Assembly (NCBI GenBank): GCA_964583985.1
Contig: CAZOYD010000002.1
Coordinates: 64,001 to 128,000, forward strand
Direction: 5' to 3'
DNA length: 64,000 bases
From: an uncultured archaeon
GTDB lineage: Archaea > Asgardarchaeota > Lokiarchaeia > Sigyniarchaeales > SOKP01
Shown here in pieces: positions 61,213-64,000 of the stretch (within the stretch, counting starts at the first letter, position 1; the number at the start of each line of letters is the position of its first letter). The notes under the pieces were generated by a model, which had not been told where the DNA came from, searched no databases, and saw only the letters and a program-made list of their open reading frames with translations. A program made the position numbers and the translations under genes.

Positions 61213-61712
61213 AAAAATTGAGTAAGAGAAGAAAAAGTAATGAAGAAATTTTTGAAATAAAGTGGAAAACAGATCTACCATACCGCTATTCAATTGGGAA
61301 ACTTGCTGTAAAGTTTTTCGAAGAGTTAAAAGAACATAGAAAAATTATGGGAAGTAAATGCAAGAAATGCGGAAAAGTACACTTTCCACCAAGAGCTGTT
61401 TGCGCCGATTGTTTAGTAAAAATGACTGTTGATGATATGGTAGAACTACCTCCAAAAGGAACCTTGGAAGGATTTACCGTGGTAAATTATCCTTTTACAG
61501 ATCCCTCAACAGGTGGTATTCGTCCATTTCCATATGGATATGGTCTTTTCAAATTAGATGGTGCTGATACTTATACTATGCATTTTGTAAATGAGACCGA
61601 TGTTACTAAAATGAAAATTGGACAACGTGTCGAAGCTGTATTTAATGATAAACTCATAGGTGATTTTACGGCAGATATTCCATATTTTAACATAATCAAA
61701 GAGGAGAAATAA
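61209..61712 (+). CDS. DUF35-family Zn-ribbon/OB-fold protein
   Basis: KFFEEL, CKKC...FPPR..CADC, GLFKLDGAD, IGQRVEAVF. Confidence 0.9.
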   Translation: MKKLSKRRKSNEEIFEIKWKTDLPYRYSIGKLAVKFFEELKEHRKIMGSKCKKCGKVHFPPRAVCADCLVKMTVDDMVELPPKGTLEGFTVVNYPFTDPSTGGIRPFPYGYGLFKLDGADTYTMHFVNETDVTKMKIGQRVEAVFNDKLIGDFTADIPYFNIIKEEK

Positions 61713-61727
61713 AGGAGGAAAAGAAAT

Positions 61728-62177
61728 ATGACAGATGATATAGAGAAAAAAGTGTATCGTGGACGAATTAAAGTACCTTACAAGCACACCGCTGGGGCTT
61801 ATGTAGAAAAATTCATAACTGAAATAGGAAAAAACAACAAAATTTTTGGAGTTAAATGTCCTAAATGTGGAGAAGTATCAGTACCTCCAAAAATGATATG
61901 TTTTAAATGCTTTGAGAAAATGGAAGAATGGGTAGAAGTAGGAAATCAAGGTACTATCACCGGTTTTACAGTTGTTTCTCATTCTACACCTGTGATGCCT
62001 CTTGAACCTCCTTTTGCTTATGCATTGATTAAACTTGATGGATCTGATACTGATTTCGTTCATATAATTAACGAAGGAGATCCGAAAAAGCTAGAAATTG
62101 GTGCAAGAGTTGAAGCAGTATTTAAAGAAAAGCCACGAAAAAGAATTTTAGATATAGAATATTTTAAGTTGATTTAG
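61728..62177 (+). CDS. DUF35-family Zn-ribbon/OB-fold protein (second paralog)
   Basis: CPKC....PP...CFKC, GTITGFTVV, ALIKLDGSD, IGARVEAVF. Confidence 0.9.
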   Translation: MTDDIEKKVYRGRIKVPYKHTAGAYVEKFITEIGKNNKIFGVKCPKCGEVSVPPKMICFKCFEKMEEWVEVGNQGTITGFTVVSHSTPVMPLEPPFAYALIKLDGSDTDFVHIINEGDPKKLEIGARVEAVFKEKPRKRILDIEYFKLI

Positions 62178-62266
62178 ACATTTTCACTTCAAACTCTTTT
62201 TTTTAATTTTTAATTCTTGGAAAATAAAAAATAATCCTTTTAATAATAGAAAGATAATACTTAAGC

Positions 62267-63691
62267 ATGGTCGAACCAAGATATTTAAAGAAGGAAGATA
62301 TTGATAGACTACTCAAAAATCCTTTAAATGAAGAAGAAATATTATTATGCCGGCGCCATCATCTTTTAACTAATGCCAGAGAACATATCATTACCGGAAG
62401 CACCGAACCTGGTTCAATTTACTTTAAAACGCAAGATGGTCAGGAAATTCTTGATTGTACTTCCCAAGCTTGGGTTTTAAATTTAGGGCATAACAATCCT
62501 GATATTAGTTATGCAATATATCTTCAATCCCAACAAGTAACTCATTCATGGTCGTATTTTTTGAATCCTGTACGAGTAAGATTCACTAATAAGATTGCAG
62601 AGATCGCTCCAGGTCAATTAAAAGGGGGAAAAGTGAGTGTGAATAATGCTGGGGGAGGTGCTGCGTTGGAATGTGCTATAAGACTAAGCATGATCAATAA
62701 CAAAAAGGGGGATCAATTTATTATATTTAGACGAGGATATCATGGTTCTAATTTAGTAATGATGGGAGCTTCACAACGATTGCCCATGAGATTCGAACCG
62801 TGGGGAAAAGAACATTGGATTAAAACTTTCTATCCATATTGTTATCGTTGCCCTTGGAATTATAAAGAAGGATTTGAAGGGAAAAGAGATAAATCATGCA
62901 ATTTGGAATGCATAGAGTTTATTCGGGAAAGCATAGAATTGTATCCAACAGGGACTCCAATCGGATGTATTATAGAACCAATGCAAGGTCCAGGTGGCAT
63001 GATTCCCGCCCCAGTTGATTTCTTAGTTGGATTAAAAGAGATCTGTGCTAAAAATAAGATTCTTCTGACTTATGATGAGGCACAAACTGGATTTGGTCGA
63101 ACGGGAAAAATGTTTGCTTCTGATTGGTATCAATCGACATATAATAAAGATATATCCCCAGACATTATGACGCTGACTAAAGCAGCAGCAGCGGGTATTC
63201 CTATTGGAATCACTGTAGCATCTGAAAAGTTAAGAACCTTAACAGAGTTTGAGGAACATTCCACTTTCTCCTCTCCACCTTTAGCCATGGCAGCTTGTTT
63301 GATAAATATTGAAATATTACAGAAAAACAAGATTCCTGAAAATGCTGAAAAGCAAGGTAAGAAAATTACATCATACATAAAAGAGCTATCAGAAGATATT
63401 CCTGAGATAGGAGATGTCAGGGGACCTGGGTTATTTATAGGAGTTGAGTTTGTTAAAGATAGAGAAACCAGAGAACCACATAATAAATTAATAGAATCTT
63501 TGATCCATATTGCTTGGAAAAAGTATAATATCCTTTTTGGAGAACAAATGCAACTTATCGCGTCCACCGGTGGCTACTTCATTCAAAACATACTTAAAAT
63601 CAAGCCACCATTAGTAATTAATGATGAAGAAACTGATCAAATATGTGAGCGTTTTGAAAAATCTGTAAAAGAGACTATTAAAAACCTTTAA
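62267..63691 (+). CDS. Class III PLP aminotransferase (GABA/ornithine aminotransferase-like)
   Basis: NLGHN, GYHG, IEPMQGPGG, DEAQTGFGRTG, PDIMTLTK (PLP Lys), HSTF, GDVRGPGL, KPPL. Confidence 0.92.
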   Translation: MVEPRYLKKEDIDRLLKNPLNEEEILLCRRHHLLTNAREHIITGSTEPGSIYFKTQDGQEILDCTSQAWVLNLGHNNPDISYAIYLQSQQVTHSWSYFLNPVRVRFTNKIAEIAPGQLKGGKVSVNNAGGGAALECAIRLSMINNKKGDQFIIFRRGYHGSNLVMMGASQRLPMRFEPWGKEHWIKTFYPYCYRCPWNYKEGFEGKRDKSCNLECIEFIRESIELYPTGTPIGCIIEPMQGPGGMIPAPVDFLVGLKEICAKNKILLTYDEAQTGFGRTGKMFASDWYQSTYNKDISPDIMTLTKAAAAGIPIGITVASEKLRTLTEFEEHSTFSSPPLAMAACLINIEILQKNKIPENAEKQGKKITSYIKELSEDIPEIGDVRGPGLFIGVEFVKDRETREPHNKLIESLIHIAWKKYNILFGEQMQLIASTGGYFIQNILKIKPPLVINDEETDQICERFEKSVKETIKNL

Positions 63692-63778
63692 TTTTTACCT
63701 TTTTTTTAAAATTTTTTAATATTGAATAGTATGCGTTTTCCAAATATTAAAAACAAGAGATAAAAAAATAAAAGAAAA

Positions 63779-64000
63779 TTACGCGGTATTTCCTAATTTG
63801 TAACCTTTAGCAACAGCTTCCATGACCGTTTGAGGATTTAGTACGTCTCCGACTTTCATTACTTCGAATCCCATTTCTTTGATCTCTTCATAAAGAGCAT
63901 CATTAGGAACTACTCCCGTTGCATGATATACATAGTCGATATTACTTATGACTTGATCGTTTCCTTGAGCATCGGTATAATTCACGTAATTTTCACCAAT
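63779..64000 (-). CDS. C-terminal fragment of an FAD/NAD(P)-dependent oxidoreductase (likely NADH:flavin oxidoreductase type), cut by the window edge
   Basis: DYV..ATG..PN..L, KVGD...P.TV.EAV..GY..G C-terminal motif. Confidence 0.7.
   Translation of the reverse strand: MGENYVNYTDAQGNDQVISNIDYVYHATGVVPNDALYEEIKEMGFEVMKVGDVLNPQTVMEAVAKGYKLGNTA

Noticed and set aside
369-63567. Numerous short ORFs antisense to or overlapping real genes (e.g. 369-665, 25481-25861, 26509-26922, 63130-63567)
   Set aside because: Shadow ORFs of well-supported genes, with no motifs of their own.
1-64000. tRNA/rRNA genes, CRISPR arrays, transposases, integrases
   Set aside because: No GC-rich structured RNA islands, regularly spaced repeats or recombinase motifs seen by eye; a covariance-model scan would be needed to exclude small ncRNAs.

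Overview
AT-rich (roughly 30% GC by eye), gene-dense archaeal DNA that reads as an Asgard archaeon, most likely Lokiarchaeia/Promethearchaeota (inferred from gene content, not a database hit). It carries eukaryotic-signature-type genes (Rab-like GTPase, RagA/Gtr1-like GTPase with a probable roadblock tail, a presenilin-like GxGD protease, TPR proteins). It also holds H4MPT C1 genes (mch, mtd, ftr), a gcvT-H-PA-PB operon, salvage and housekeeping genes (two MTAPs, apt, glyS, RecJ-like DHH, beta-CASP nuclease), a P3A H+-ATPase, and a lipid/acyl-CoA catabolic region (GlpA/D, SCP2, acyl-CoA dehydrogenase, three Cys-less thiolase-fold genes with DUF35 partners, FixC/FixX-like pair, BKACE, class III aminotransferase). 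I found no rRNA, tRNA, CRISPR array or intact mobile element. Top finding: the Ltp3-like thiolase gene (60016-61212) is interrupted by a 30-nt insert (60178-60207) with two in-frame stops. The insert folds into a relaxed bulge-helix-bulge motif whose standard endonuclease cut sites restore the frame exactly (IGN|MDHFEG), making it a candidate archaeal pre-mRNA intron in an Asgard metabolic gene.
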